Source: Candidatus Omnitrophota bacterium
GTDB lineage: Bacteria; Omnitrophota; Gorgyraeia; Zapsychrales; Fredricksoniimonadaceae
Reading direction: 5' to 3'
Assembly: GCA_015233145.1 (NCBI GenBank)
Contig: JADFYI010000003.1
Coordinates: forward strand, 105,421 to 165,103
Length of the DNA stretch: 59,683 bases
The position numbers were made by a program, and so were the translations under genes. Of this stretch, positions 34,503-42,542 are shown one piece after another. Positions within the stretch are counted from its first letter, which is position 1. Every line of letters starts with the position of its first letter. The notes beneath the pieces were generated by a model that was given only the letters and a program-made list of their open reading frames with translations, was not told the DNA's origin and made no database searches.

Positions 34503-37500
34503 ATGTTCAGGAAATTAACATCAGTATTTTTGATTTTAAGTTTTGTTTTAAGTTGTATTGCCCCTCGCTACAGCTTTTCACAAAACATTACAGCCGTTGG
34601 GCTTATGACTGAGCCTGGAACTATGGTAAGCCTGACACCGGCCTTTACACCTGCCTATTTGAAGGGCATGGTCATCAACCCTAATGATCCTTTTAAGTTT
34701 GATTTTCTGGTGTTTCGCGGGGATGAGGCGCTTACCGATGCCCAAAAACAGGTTGAATATCCAAACCTTATTAAATATTTTCTAGCAGCCCTGGCTGTCC
34801 CTGACACGGACCAGTGGGTAAACCTTTCGCCTTATGAAAAAGACCGGATTATCCCTGATAATTTCGGCCTGACCATCATGGGGCGTGACCTTTTGGCACA
34901 GGATTATTTGCTGAAACAGATTTCATCTTCGCTCACTCATCCTGATACTGATTTGGGAAAGAAATTCTGGGACGGCATTTATGCCGAGGCGCATGAGAAG
35001 TTTGGCACAACAGACATTCCCACAGATACGTTCAATAAAGTATGGATTGTCCCGGATAAGGCTGTTGTGTATGAAAAAGGGAACACGGTTTATGTCCTTG
35101 AGAATCATTTGAAGGTCATGATTGATAAAGATTACCTGGCCATGAAGGAAAATAATGCGGACATCGCTGTGACCGAGGAAAACGGGGTTGCCGATATTTC
35201 TCATAAGGTGATGCGCGAAGTGATTATCCCGGCCATTGAAAAAGAGGTGAATGAGGGCAAGAACTTTGCCCCGCTTCGTCAGGTGTATAGCGGCATGCTT
35301 TTGGCCACATGGTACAAGCGTGCGCTTAAAGAATCGATTTTAAGCAGGGTTTACGCTGATCAGGGCAAGGTCAAAGGCATTGACCAAGACCCCGCGCGCA
35401 ACCAGGAGATTTACACCCAGTATGTGTCTGCCTTTAAAAGAGGCGTTTTCAATATGATTAAAGAGGATGTTGACCGGTTTTCCCAGGAAGTCATTCCCAG
35501 AAAGTATTTCTCCGGCGGAACAAAAGGCTATGATGCCGCCCAGATCATAAAGGCTGATGAGGCTCTGGGCCAGAAAGATTTTGCTCAGCAGAAAGACCGG
35601 CTCGATGATGTGAGCGCTGAAATGAAAAACATGACGCCTGAGGATGTGCTGGCGCTTGATGAAAAAGGCCTGACAGAGTATTTGCAAAGTTTAAAAAGGA
35701 CTGATGGAACGCCGTTGTTTACTGCTGATCAGGTGGCGCAGGTTGTCAAAGGCAGATTTTCTCCAGTTGAAAAAGGCGGCAGCCAGGACGCAGCCATGTT
35801 TAATGATTTTGACAGGTTCAGGGCTTATGTGAAGGCCGTTGATACCTTGAAATTTTCCATAACCCCGGCAGGCCTTGATGAAATATTAGGGCGGTTAGGA
35901 AAACTCTTTTCCATGAGAAAAACGCAGTTTGACCAGCTGGTGAATGCGGTCAGGCAAGGTGAAGGCAGGGTGGAAGTCAATAAAAAAAGGGATGGGACAT
36001 TTATTATAGACTTTGGCCTGGTGCATGCCAACGGCAGTATCCCCAGCGATATTTCAGATGTTATTGCCACGGCCATCAATGGCGCCAGAAAGGCTGTCAG
36101 GGCCCGTCCTGATGCCGCCATGAATGTGTCGGGGTTCAGCACTTTTGAGTTCTTTAAGAATGCTGTTCAAAAAAGCAATGTCCAAAATAGCGACGAATTG
36201 ACAGGTATGGGCGTGCATGAGTATCGTTTCGAGCGGTTGATGGCCCATATTCAGGATCTTTTTAAAGATAAATCAGCGGGCATTAATCAGTTGATAGAAA
36301 TTATTTCACAAAACCAATTCCTGGATGCCGAGACATTACAACAGGATTTCGGATGGAAGTTTGAGGAGCTTTTTGATGCCGAAGACTTTTTGCCAGGCCT
36401 GGTGATTTTAAAGGCCGCTGTGAAGCAGGGGTTGCTCGCCCAGTTTGGCAATACCGAGGATCCTGTAGGGAGAACCTTAGAACCCATTTATTCGGAAAGA
36501 GAAGTCGGGATCCCAAAATTTGTTGGCTCTACAGGCGGAATGGTTTTTGAAGATGCTTTAGGAGGGTTGTCCACGTTATCGTTCAACGGATTTATCAGAA
36601 GCGTACCTGTCCCCACGATTGTTAAAAAAGCCTTTGATGATGCAGGCCTTGATGGAGAGCAGGTTCTTGTTCAATTGAAGAATGCAGGCATGATTTATTA
36701 CCGCAACGGAGATTCAACTGCTTTAATACGTGAAGCTAGATTTAAGAGTAACGGCTGGAAAGAAAAAGGCCTGCCCAAGGCCCTTCGCGCAGATGCTGAA
36801 AAGATATGGGGTATTTTGGGTCAGCATTTGAGCGTTGATTTGGTTGTGGGTTCCAGCGACGGAAAGAAAGTTTTGACAACAGGCAATGGATGGGTGCAGG
36901 TTGTTGGGCTGATGCAGGATAATAGCAATGTCTCGTTATTGCATGACAATGTGGCGAGTATGCCGGTGTTCGGCGCTTTTTCTTTGGACGGAACAAAAGT
37001 TTTGACGGTTGGCGGCGACAATAAAACTGTTACGGTTTATATGGAAAAGGATGGGGTCTTTAACAAAACGTCAGAATTTTCAGCAAAAGGTATTGTTTAT
37101 TCTGCTGTAGTTTCCAATGATGGACAGAGGATTTTTATCCTGGGAGCGGATGGCTTTTCAGCATTGAAAAAAGAGGGCAGTTCTTATGTGACAGAGTCTA
37201 ATATTTCTGTCAGGGATGATTTTCATTCGCTGGCAATATCGCCTGATAATCAGCGTTTAACCATGTGGGGAGGGGAATATCTCGCCATATGGGAAAGAAA
37301 TGCTGATGGCTTGCTTAAAGAAAAACCTTTGGCTGACGAAAAAACAATGGGGCTTGTTAAATCCGCGGTTTTTTCTCCTAACGGGCAACATGCTTTCGTT
37401 TTAGGAGAAAGAGGGTGGGCCCAGGTTATGACAGCGACTCCGGAAAGGATCATCAGGCAGACTGTGGATAATATTGGCGACGGGATTACCAGCGGTGTAT

Positions 37501-37946
37501 TTTCTAAGGATAATGAACTTATTTTGGCTGGCGAAAAGGGCCTTAAGATATTTGTGGCTCAAGAGGGGATTTTTAGCCCTATTTATGAGGATATATCGAG
37601 AGGTTACAGGGCTGTGACAATCTCAGAAGATGCTTTGGTTTCTATCAGGCAAAGTAAAGAAGCTGAAGGACAATGGGATTTGAATGTTTCTGCCATTAAG
37701 AAGGTCAAACGCGTTCTTTCTGACCAGTCTGCTGACAATGCCATGAAGGGTGGTATTGACCTTGCCGCGTCGAATCTGGACATGCAAATCAAGCGCGATG
37801 GGAGCGGCGTGCCATTACCCATCAGCCAGCAGAACCTGGACAGCATCCGTATCGACGGCCTTGTGCCTGTGATTCTTGACATTAAACCCGCTGCAAGCAT
37901 CCCTTTATTTAGTGAAACCGCCCCATCGTCTCAGCCAGCGGCGTAA
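34503..37946 (+). CDS. 1147-aa secreted protein: conserved uncharacterised N-domain, central helical region, C-terminal WD40-like/beta-propeller repeats, terminal GGIDL module
   Basis: Signal peptide MFRKLTSVFLILSFVLSCIAPRYSFS. Repeats FSLDGTKVLTVGGD, VVSNDGQRIFILG, ISPDNQRLTMWG, FSPNGQHAFVLG, FSKDNELILAG. C-terminal GGIDLAASNLDMQIKRDGSGVPLP... Confidence 0.75.
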   Translation: MFRKLTSVFLILSFVLSCIAPRYSFSQNITAVGLMTEPGTMVSLTPAFTPAYLKGMVINPNDPFKFDFLVFRGDEALTDAQKQVEYPNLIKYFLAALAVPDTDQWVNLSPYEKDRIIPDNFGLTIMGRDLLAQDYLLKQISSSLTHPDTDLGKKFWDGIYAEAHEKFGTTDIPTDTFNKVWIVPDKAVVYEKGNTVYVLENHLKVMIDKDYLAMKENNADIAVTEENGVADISHKVMREVIIPAIEKEVNEGKNFAPLRQVYSGMLLATWYKRALKESILSRVYADQGKVKGIDQDPARNQEIYTQYVSAFKRGVFNMIKEDVDRFSQEVIPRKYFSGGTKGYDAAQIIKADEALGQKDFAQQKDRLDDVSAEMKNMTPEDVLALDEKGLTEYLQSLKRTDGTPLFTADQVAQVVKGRFSPVEKGGSQDAAMFNDFDRFRAYVKAVDTLKFSITPAGLDEILGRLGKLFSMRKTQFDQLVNAVRQGEGRVEVNKKRDGTFIIDFGLVHANGSIPSDISDVIATAINGARKAVRARPDAAMNVSGFSTFEFFKNAVQKSNVQNSDELTGMGVHEYRFERLMAHIQDLFKDKSAGINQLIEIISQNQFLDAETLQQDFGWKFEELFDAEDFLPGLVILKAAVKQGLLAQFGNTEDPVGRTLEPIYSEREVGIPKFVGSTGGMVFEDALGGLSTLSFNGFIRSVPVPTIVKKAFDDAGLDGEQVLVQLKNAGMIYYRNGDSTALIREARFKSNGWKEKGLPKALRADAEKIWGILGQHLSVDLVVGSSDGKKVLTTGNGWVQVVGLMQDNSNVSLLHDNVASMPVFGAFSLDGTKVLTVGGDNKTVTVYMEKDGVFNKTSEFSAKGIVYSAVVSNDGQRIFILGADGFSALKKEGSSYVTESNISVRDDFHSLAISPDNQRLTMWGGEYLAIWERNADGLLKEKPLADEKTMGLVKSAVFSPNGQHAFVLGERGWAQVMTATPERIIRQTVDNIGDGITSGVFSKDNELILAGEKGLKIFVAQEGIFSPIYEDISRGYRAVTISEDALVSIRQSKEAEGQWDLNVSAIKKVKRVLSDQSADNAMKGGIDLAASNLDMQIKRDGSGVPLPISQQNLDSIRIDGLVPVILDIKPAASIPLFSETAPSSQPAA

Positions 37947-37980
37947 ACAGTCTTTTCTAAAAATCCTTTCTGAAATGTCT

Positions 37981-38009
37981 TTGACAAATAATACTCAAAA
38001 GCCTATGAT
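37981..38009 (+). promoter_or_regulatory. Sigma70-type promoter upstream of element copy C and the FKBP gene
   Basis: TTGACA (37981-37986), 17-nt spacer, TATGAT (38004-38009). Confidence 0.6.
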
Positions 38010-38021
38010 TACAAAACTATG

Positions 38022-38140
38022 GAAACTCCATGGCAGACGGAGCCGCCCTGGAGTTGTTTGATTTTTCTTGGAATAAGGGGAAAAACATTTTTCACCATAC
38101 GGGTAGAAAAATGTTTTTCTAATGTATATTAAACAAGGAG
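38022..38140 (+). repeat. Bipartite intergenic element, copy C
   Basis: Hairpin 1 pairs AACTCCA (38024-38030) with TGGAGTT (38049-38055), with an inner GGC/GCC stem, then GTTTGATTTTTC. Hairpin 2 pairs GAAAAACATTTTTC (38080-38093) with GAAAAATGTTTTTC (38106-38119). It is followed by TAATGTATATTAAACAAGGAG. Confidence 0.8.
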
Positions 38141-38145
38141 GTTTT

Positions 38146-38739
38146 ATGAGGAGTGTTGTAGTCGCACTAGCGATGGTTGCAGGTTTAATGATGTCAGGTT
38201 CTTTAGTCAGAGCGGAGGATATGGTGATTACAAAAGGCAAGCTTGTTAAATTTGATTATACTCTGACAGTTGATAATAAAGAGGTTGAGAGCACAAAGGG
38301 CAAGCAGCCTTTGGAATATACTCAGGGCCAGAATATGTTGATTCCCGGGCTTGAGAAAGCGCTTGAAGGCGCCAAGGCCGGCGACACCAAGAAAGTGGTT
38401 GTGAAGCCTGAAGAAGGTTACGGGAAAGTGAACCCGACTTTGGTTCGTGAATTTGATAAAACAAAATTGCCTAAGGGCATGGAGCCCAAGGTGGGCATGA
38501 TTCTTGAAGTCCAGGACCCTCAAGGCAACGCTTTTCCCTGCACAGTGACCGAGGTCAAGGATAAGGTGATCATGCTTGATTTTAACCATCCGCTTGCGGG
38601 CAAAGAGCTGACGTTTGATGTCAAGGTTGTCTCAGTTGAGAACGCGCCTGTTGCTCCGGCAGCGGTTGCGGCTCCTGCGGCTGCTCCAGCGCCTGCGGCT
38701 ACGGCTCCTGCGGCCAAAGCGCCTGAAGCAAAGAAGTAA
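38146..38739 (+). CDS. Exported FKBP-type peptidyl-prolyl cis-trans isomerase (SlyD-like with insert-in-flap) with Ala/Pro-rich tail
   Basis: KFDYTLTVDNKEVESTKGKQPLEYTQGQNMLIPGLEKALEG...EEGYG...LDFNHPLAGKELTFDVKVVSV. Signal peptide MRSVVVALAMVAGLMMSGSLVRA. The ATG at 38146 follows AAGGAGG. Confidence 0.85.
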   Translation: MRSVVVALAMVAGLMMSGSLVRAEDMVITKGKLVKFDYTLTVDNKEVESTKGKQPLEYTQGQNMLIPGLEKALEGAKAGDTKKVVVKPEEGYGKVNPTLVREFDKTKLPKGMEPKVGMILEVQDPQGNAFPCTVTEVKDKVIMLDFNHPLAGKELTFDVKVVSVENAPVAPAAVAAPAAAPAPAATAPAAKAPEAKK

Positions 38740-38754
38740 TTTTTTTTGATTTTT

Positions 38755-38800
38755 AAAAAGGCTCATAGAGAAAACTATGAGCCTTTTTTATTTTTTTTAA
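38755..38800 (+). terminator. Rho-independent terminator
   Basis: AAAAAGGCTCATAG (38755-38768) pairs with CTATGAGCCTTTTT (38775-38788), followed by a T-run. Confidence 0.85.
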
Positions 38801-38918
38801 GGATTTTCCCTGCGCGGTTTTAAGAGTTGCACAAAGCATTCGCATGGAGTTATTTTTACTGCTATATTATGCAAGTATTAATCAGAGAGCTCGACAAATA
38901 ACTAAATAGCAGAGGTTA

Positions 38919-39590
38919 ATGGTGCATTTGCATGGTAATTTTTTAGATTACTTTGTAGTGTTTTTTTCCGGGATTTTTGTGAGCTTCACTCCCTGCGTTT
39001 ATCCGCTGATTCCTGTGACCGCAGCGTCTATAGCCGGCGTCAATACCTCCAAAAGCCCGTGGGTGGGGTTTCTCTTATCATTAGTGTATGTTTTGGGCAT
39101 GACCTTGTCTTACAGCATTCTGGCTGCTATTGCGATTTTGACAGGCAAGGTGTTTGGCGTGATTCAGCAGAGTCCCTGGGTTTCTTTGGGGCTGGGTATT
39201 GTATTTGTCCTGTTTGCGCTTATGATGTGGGATGTCTTGCCGTTGCCGGTTTTCAGTTTCGCTCCTCAATCCAGGCCGAAAACGCCCTGGACTGTTTTTT
39301 TGCTGGGATTTGCCTGCGGCTTTGTTATTGGCCCGTGCACAGCGCCGATTTTAGGGACATTATTGCTTTTTATAGCATCAAAACAAAACCTGGCCTTTGG
39401 GATAAGCCTTCTATTTGTGTTTGCATATGGATTAGGAACGTCCCTGATTTTGGCAGGCACGTTGAGCGGGTTTTTATCAGGCCTGCCAAAGCCAGGGGCC
39501 TGGATGGTGTGGATTAAACGGGCAGCAGGCCTTGTTTTTCTTGTTGTTGCCGTTTTTTATTTTATTCGGGTGTGGAGTGTGTTTCATTGA
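38919..39590 (+). CDS. ccdA: Cytochrome c biogenesis/thiol-disulfide transporter CcdA (DsbD-beta family)
   Basis: FTPCVYPLIP and GPCTAPIL motifs; six TM helices. Confidence 0.85.
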   Translation: MVHLHGNFLDYFVVFFSGIFVSFTPCVYPLIPVTAASIAGVNTSKSPWVGFLLSLVYVLGMTLSYSILAAIAILTGKVFGVIQQSPWVSLGLGIVFVLFALMMWDVLPLPVFSFAPQSRPKTPWTVFLLGFACGFVIGPCTAPILGTLLLFIASKQNLAFGISLLFVFAYGLGTSLILAGTLSGFLSGLPKPGAWMVWIKRAAGLVFLVVAVFYFIRVWSVFH

Positions 39591-39712
39591 GACTCTGGCT
39601 CAGGCAGAGCTTCGCCAGAGTTATTTAATCTTTTCTGGATTTGGGGGAACAATATCTTTCTCCCATTCGGGTAAGAAAGATATTGTTCCATGGTAGATTA
39701 AATAAGGAGATC
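39590..39712 (+). repeat. Bipartite intergenic element, copy B
   Basis: Hairpin 1 pairs ACTCTGGC (39592-39599) with GCCAGAGT (39614-39621), then TATTTAATCTTTTC. Hairpin 2 pairs GGAACAATATCTTTC (39646-39660) with GAAAGATATTGTTCC (39675-39689). It is followed by ATGGTAGATTAAATAAGGAG. Confidence 0.85.
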
Positions 39713-39717
39713 TTCTT

Positions 39718-40230
39718 ATGCAGGTTTTTGTTCGTTCCGTGATTCTTTTTTTTATTGTTGCATTTTCCGTCGCTGGATTTTCAGGAAAAACTTCAGCGCA
39801 GGGATTTTTTGACCATCCGTTAAGAGGCAAGGCAGCGCCTAATATTGTGCTTGAAAAGCTTGAGGGAGGGCGCGTCGGTCTTATTGACCAGGTCAAGGGC
39901 AAACAAGCGATTGTTTTCTTTTGGGCCACATGGTGCCCGCATTGCCGTGAGCAGATTCAAGCGTTAAATGCCAGGCGATCAGAGCTGGAAAAGGCAGGCA
40001 TTATGATTGAATTTGTGGATGTGGGGGAGCCAAAAGGACAGGTTAAGGCATTTCTCAAAGACCACCAGATGAGTGATAATGTTTTTCTCGATATTGATAC
40101 TCAGGCGAGCGAGGCCTATTCGGTTTATGGCATCCCGACGCTATATTTTATCGGCCGTGACGGCATTGTTCATGAGGCCTTAAACGAATTTCCTGATAAT
40201 TTTGAGAAGATACTGGGGCAAAAGCCCTGA
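39718..40230 (+). CDS. Periplasmic thioredoxin-like thiol-disulfide oxidoreductase (TlpA/ResA family)
   Basis: FWATWCPHCREQ active site. N-terminal signal sequence. Confidence 0.85.
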   Translation: MQVFVRSVILFFIVAFSVAGFSGKTSAQGFFDHPLRGKAAPNIVLEKLEGGRVGLIDQVKGKQAIVFFWATWCPHCREQIQALNARRSELEKAGIMIEFVDVGEPKGQVKAFLKDHQMSDNVFLDIDTQASEAYSVYGIPTLYFIGRDGIVHEALNEFPDNFEKILGQKP

Positions 40231-40250
40231 CTAATTCTTGATGGAATGCC

Positions 40251-41834
40251 ATGCGGAGTGAACGGGTTGTTTATTGTGTTGTCAGCGGTCTTCTGGCCCT
40301 TATCCTTTCTTTCCGGGCTGTGACTTATTTGCCGTATTTTGATCACACAACTTTTCATGGGGCCTCTTTGTGGCTGGATTTTTTTGTTGTGCTTAGTTTT
40401 CATGTGATTCTTTTTCTTTTAGCGTATTTTTATGAATTGTTCTACGGAACATTGAGCATACTTTTCTTTTATATCTTTTTTCTTCTCAGTTTATATTTCC
40501 TCTCATTGATCAATGCATTAGGGATTCATGCTCAAGAGCGTCTTTGGCTCGGGACGTGTGTCATTGGCTTTTTTATTCCCCTGGTTTCTCAAATAAGAAA
40601 GAAATGGGCTTTTAAAATACGCCCTCCTCAATTTTCCTGGGAAGATGGGCTGATTTTTTTATGGGGCATCAATGCGGTTTTCTTATTTTCGCGGCTTAAT
40701 TTTACTCTCCAGCGCGCGATTTATATGGATGAGGGGTCTTTTTGGTTTGTTGCGGCGCGCGATATGCTGACGCACAGTTTGCAATGGGTCCATACAGCAA
40801 GTTATGCCGGGGCAGGGCTGCATCCTTTGGGTGTGCCTTTTTTAGCGGCTTTGCCGGTAAAGTTTTTTGGGTTGCCAGATCCCCGTGCGATTTTTTTCTT
40901 TCCGGTCTCGATCATTCTTTGCCTTTTGATTTTTCTCTATCGCATTAAATCCCAATCCTGGACATTTATTTTCTTTTTATGCGCGCTGAGCGGAGTGTTT
41001 TATAACAGGTCGTGGCTGGCGTATTTTTTATATGGCTTTGTTTATGGCGAGGGGATAAGTGCCATGATTTTTCTGGTGATGACTTATGAGTGGCTGCGCC
41101 TTTTACAAAATAAACTATTGTCAGATGCCGTAACCCTGATTTTTTGTTTGGGTATTGGTCTTATGGCATTAACAAAGTCTCCGCTCGCAAGCATTGTTAT
41201 TCCTTTTTCTATTCTTTTTTTGTGTTCTGTTTTCTATGCACGCAAGGCTGTCAATCCCAGGGCCTCGTTTAAGTTTTTAGTTTTTGCACTATTATTGGCT
41301 TTTTGTCCCATGATTTTGTGGCGAATGACAGTCATGATTTGGCATGTTCCTTTTATAAAGGTTGCTTTTTCTTTCAATGAACTTTTGGGCCGATGCCTTC
41401 ATCCGCATCTGTGGATGTTCAAAAATATGCTGGGCCTTATGTGGGAGAATTCTAATAATCTTTTTTATTATGGGTTTATGGCGATTTTGAGTTATTTATG
41501 TTTTTCCAGAAAAATTCTTTATGGATTTCCGGCGGTCATACTATTTACAGGTGTTTTCTTGTATTATGCTTATTTTTATAATTATGGCACTGATACCGGA
41601 GATTTCGGAAGCGCGTTGCGATATTTTATGCCGGTATGGCTTGTATTTTTTTATTTAGGCGGATTAGGTTTTGAAAATATAATGCGGCGCATAGAACAGG
41701 GGCAGTGGAAGGTTGGCATTAAAATAGCGGTTCAGTCGATTCTTTGTCTTTTTCTTGTTTGGGGGTTGTTTGAAATAAAAACAGCAGAAAAGATATTGAC
41801 TGCCACACACATGTGTGGTATAAAAGCGTTATGA
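40251..41834 (+). CDS. Polytopic membrane protein, probable GT-C-fold glycosyltransferase (ArnT/PMT-like)
   Basis: More than 10 TM helices. First-loop IYMDEGSFWFVAARDM resembles the GT-C Asp-Glu motif. Assignment is tentative. Confidence 0.5.
   Translation: MRSERVVYCVVSGLLALILSFRAVTYLPYFDHTTFHGASLWLDFFVVLSFHVILFLLAYFYELFYGTLSILFFYIFFLLSLYFLSLINALGIHAQERLWLGTCVIGFFIPLVSQIRKKWAFKIRPPQFSWEDGLIFLWGINAVFLFSRLNFTLQRAIYMDEGSFWFVAARDMLTHSLQWVHTASYAGAGLHPLGVPFLAALPVKFFGLPDPRAIFFFPVSIILCLLIFLYRIKSQSWTFIFFLCALSGVFYNRSWLAYFLYGFVYGEGISAMIFLVMTYEWLRLLQNKLLSDAVTLIFCLGIGLMALTKSPLASIVIPFSILFLCSVFYARKAVNPRASFKFLVFALLLAFCPMILWRMTVMIWHVPFIKVAFSFNELLGRCLHPHLWMFKNMLGLMWENSNNLFYYGFMAILSYLCFSRKILYGFPAVILFTGVFLYYAYFYNYGTDTGDFGSALRYFMPVWLVFFYLGGLGFENIMRRIEQGQWKVGIKIAVQSILCLFLVWGLFEIKTAEKILTATHMCGIKAL
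41796..41824 (+). promoter_or_regulatory. lexA promoter with embedded palindrome (candidate LexA operator)
   Basis: TTGACT (41796-41801), 17-nt spacer, TATAAA (41819-41824). The spacer holds the 12-bp perfect palindrome CACACATGTGTG (41806-41817). The lexA ATG lies 6 nt after the -10. Confidence 0.55.
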
Positions 41835-42430
41835 CAAATGAAACCCTGACAGAGAAACAAAAACAAGTCCTTAAGTTTATTTACGAATGCATCCGCCGGC
41901 ATCAGTCAGCGCCCACAATTCGTGAGATCGGGGAAAAGTTTGGATTTTCCTCCACAGGAACTGTGCGCGATCATCTGAAGGCCCTGGTCAATAAGGGCTA
42001 TATTCGGATGCAGGAAGGGAAGTCGCGGGCCATTGAGCTTGTGAAAGAGGCGTTGTTTCAGGTTCCGGTGTTAGGCCGTGTCCAGGCCGGTATGCCGGTT
42101 TACGCGGCTGAAGATTTGGTCGGGTATTTGAACCTCGAGGCCTTTGTTTTTCCTGAACCTGATGTCTTTGCCTTGCGTGTCCGGGGTTTAAGCATGCGCG
42201 ATGCCGGGATCATGGAAGGAGATTTTGTTTTGATCCGTAAACAGGATCATGCCCAGGCCGGTGATATTGTGGTGGCGTTAATAGGAGAAGAGGCCACTGT
42301 GAAGCGTTTGGTTAAACGAGGAAGTGAATATTTTCTAGACCCTGCCAACCCTGATTTTAAGCCCATTCCCATGACACCTGAGGCTAGTATTATCGGCAAA
42401 GTGCTTCAGGTCGTCCGCGATTACAATTGA
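41831..42430 (+). CDS. lexA: LexA repressor
   Basis: wHTH (PTIREIGEKFGFSSTGTVRDHLKALVNKGYI), cleavage site VQAG, and Ser/Lys dyad motifs RGLSMRDAGI and ATVKRL. The ATG at 41831 overlaps the upstream stop (ATGA). Confidence 0.92.
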   Translation: MTNETLTEKQKQVLKFIYECIRRHQSAPTIREIGEKFGFSSTGTVRDHLKALVNKGYIRMQEGKSRAIELVKEALFQVPVLGRVQAGMPVYAAEDLVGYLNLEAFVFPEPDVFALRVRGLSMRDAGIMEGDFVLIRKQDHAQAGDIVVALIGEEATVKRLVKRGSEYFLDPANPDFKPIPMTPEASIIGKVLQVVRDYN

Positions 42431-42490
42431 TTCTCATTCGTCATCGCTGCGAAGCCAAACCTCAAAATGTTTGGCGTAGCAGGATGAAAC

Positions 42491-42519
42491 TTGCCAATAT
42501 TCCTGCAGGGTTGTATGAT
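42491..42519 (+). promoter_or_regulatory. Sigma70-type promoter of the methyltransferase gene
   Basis: TTGCCA (42491-42496), 17-nt spacer, TATGAT (42514-42519). Confidence 0.5.
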
Positions 42520-42542
42520 ATTTGCTTTCAAGGAAATAGCCT

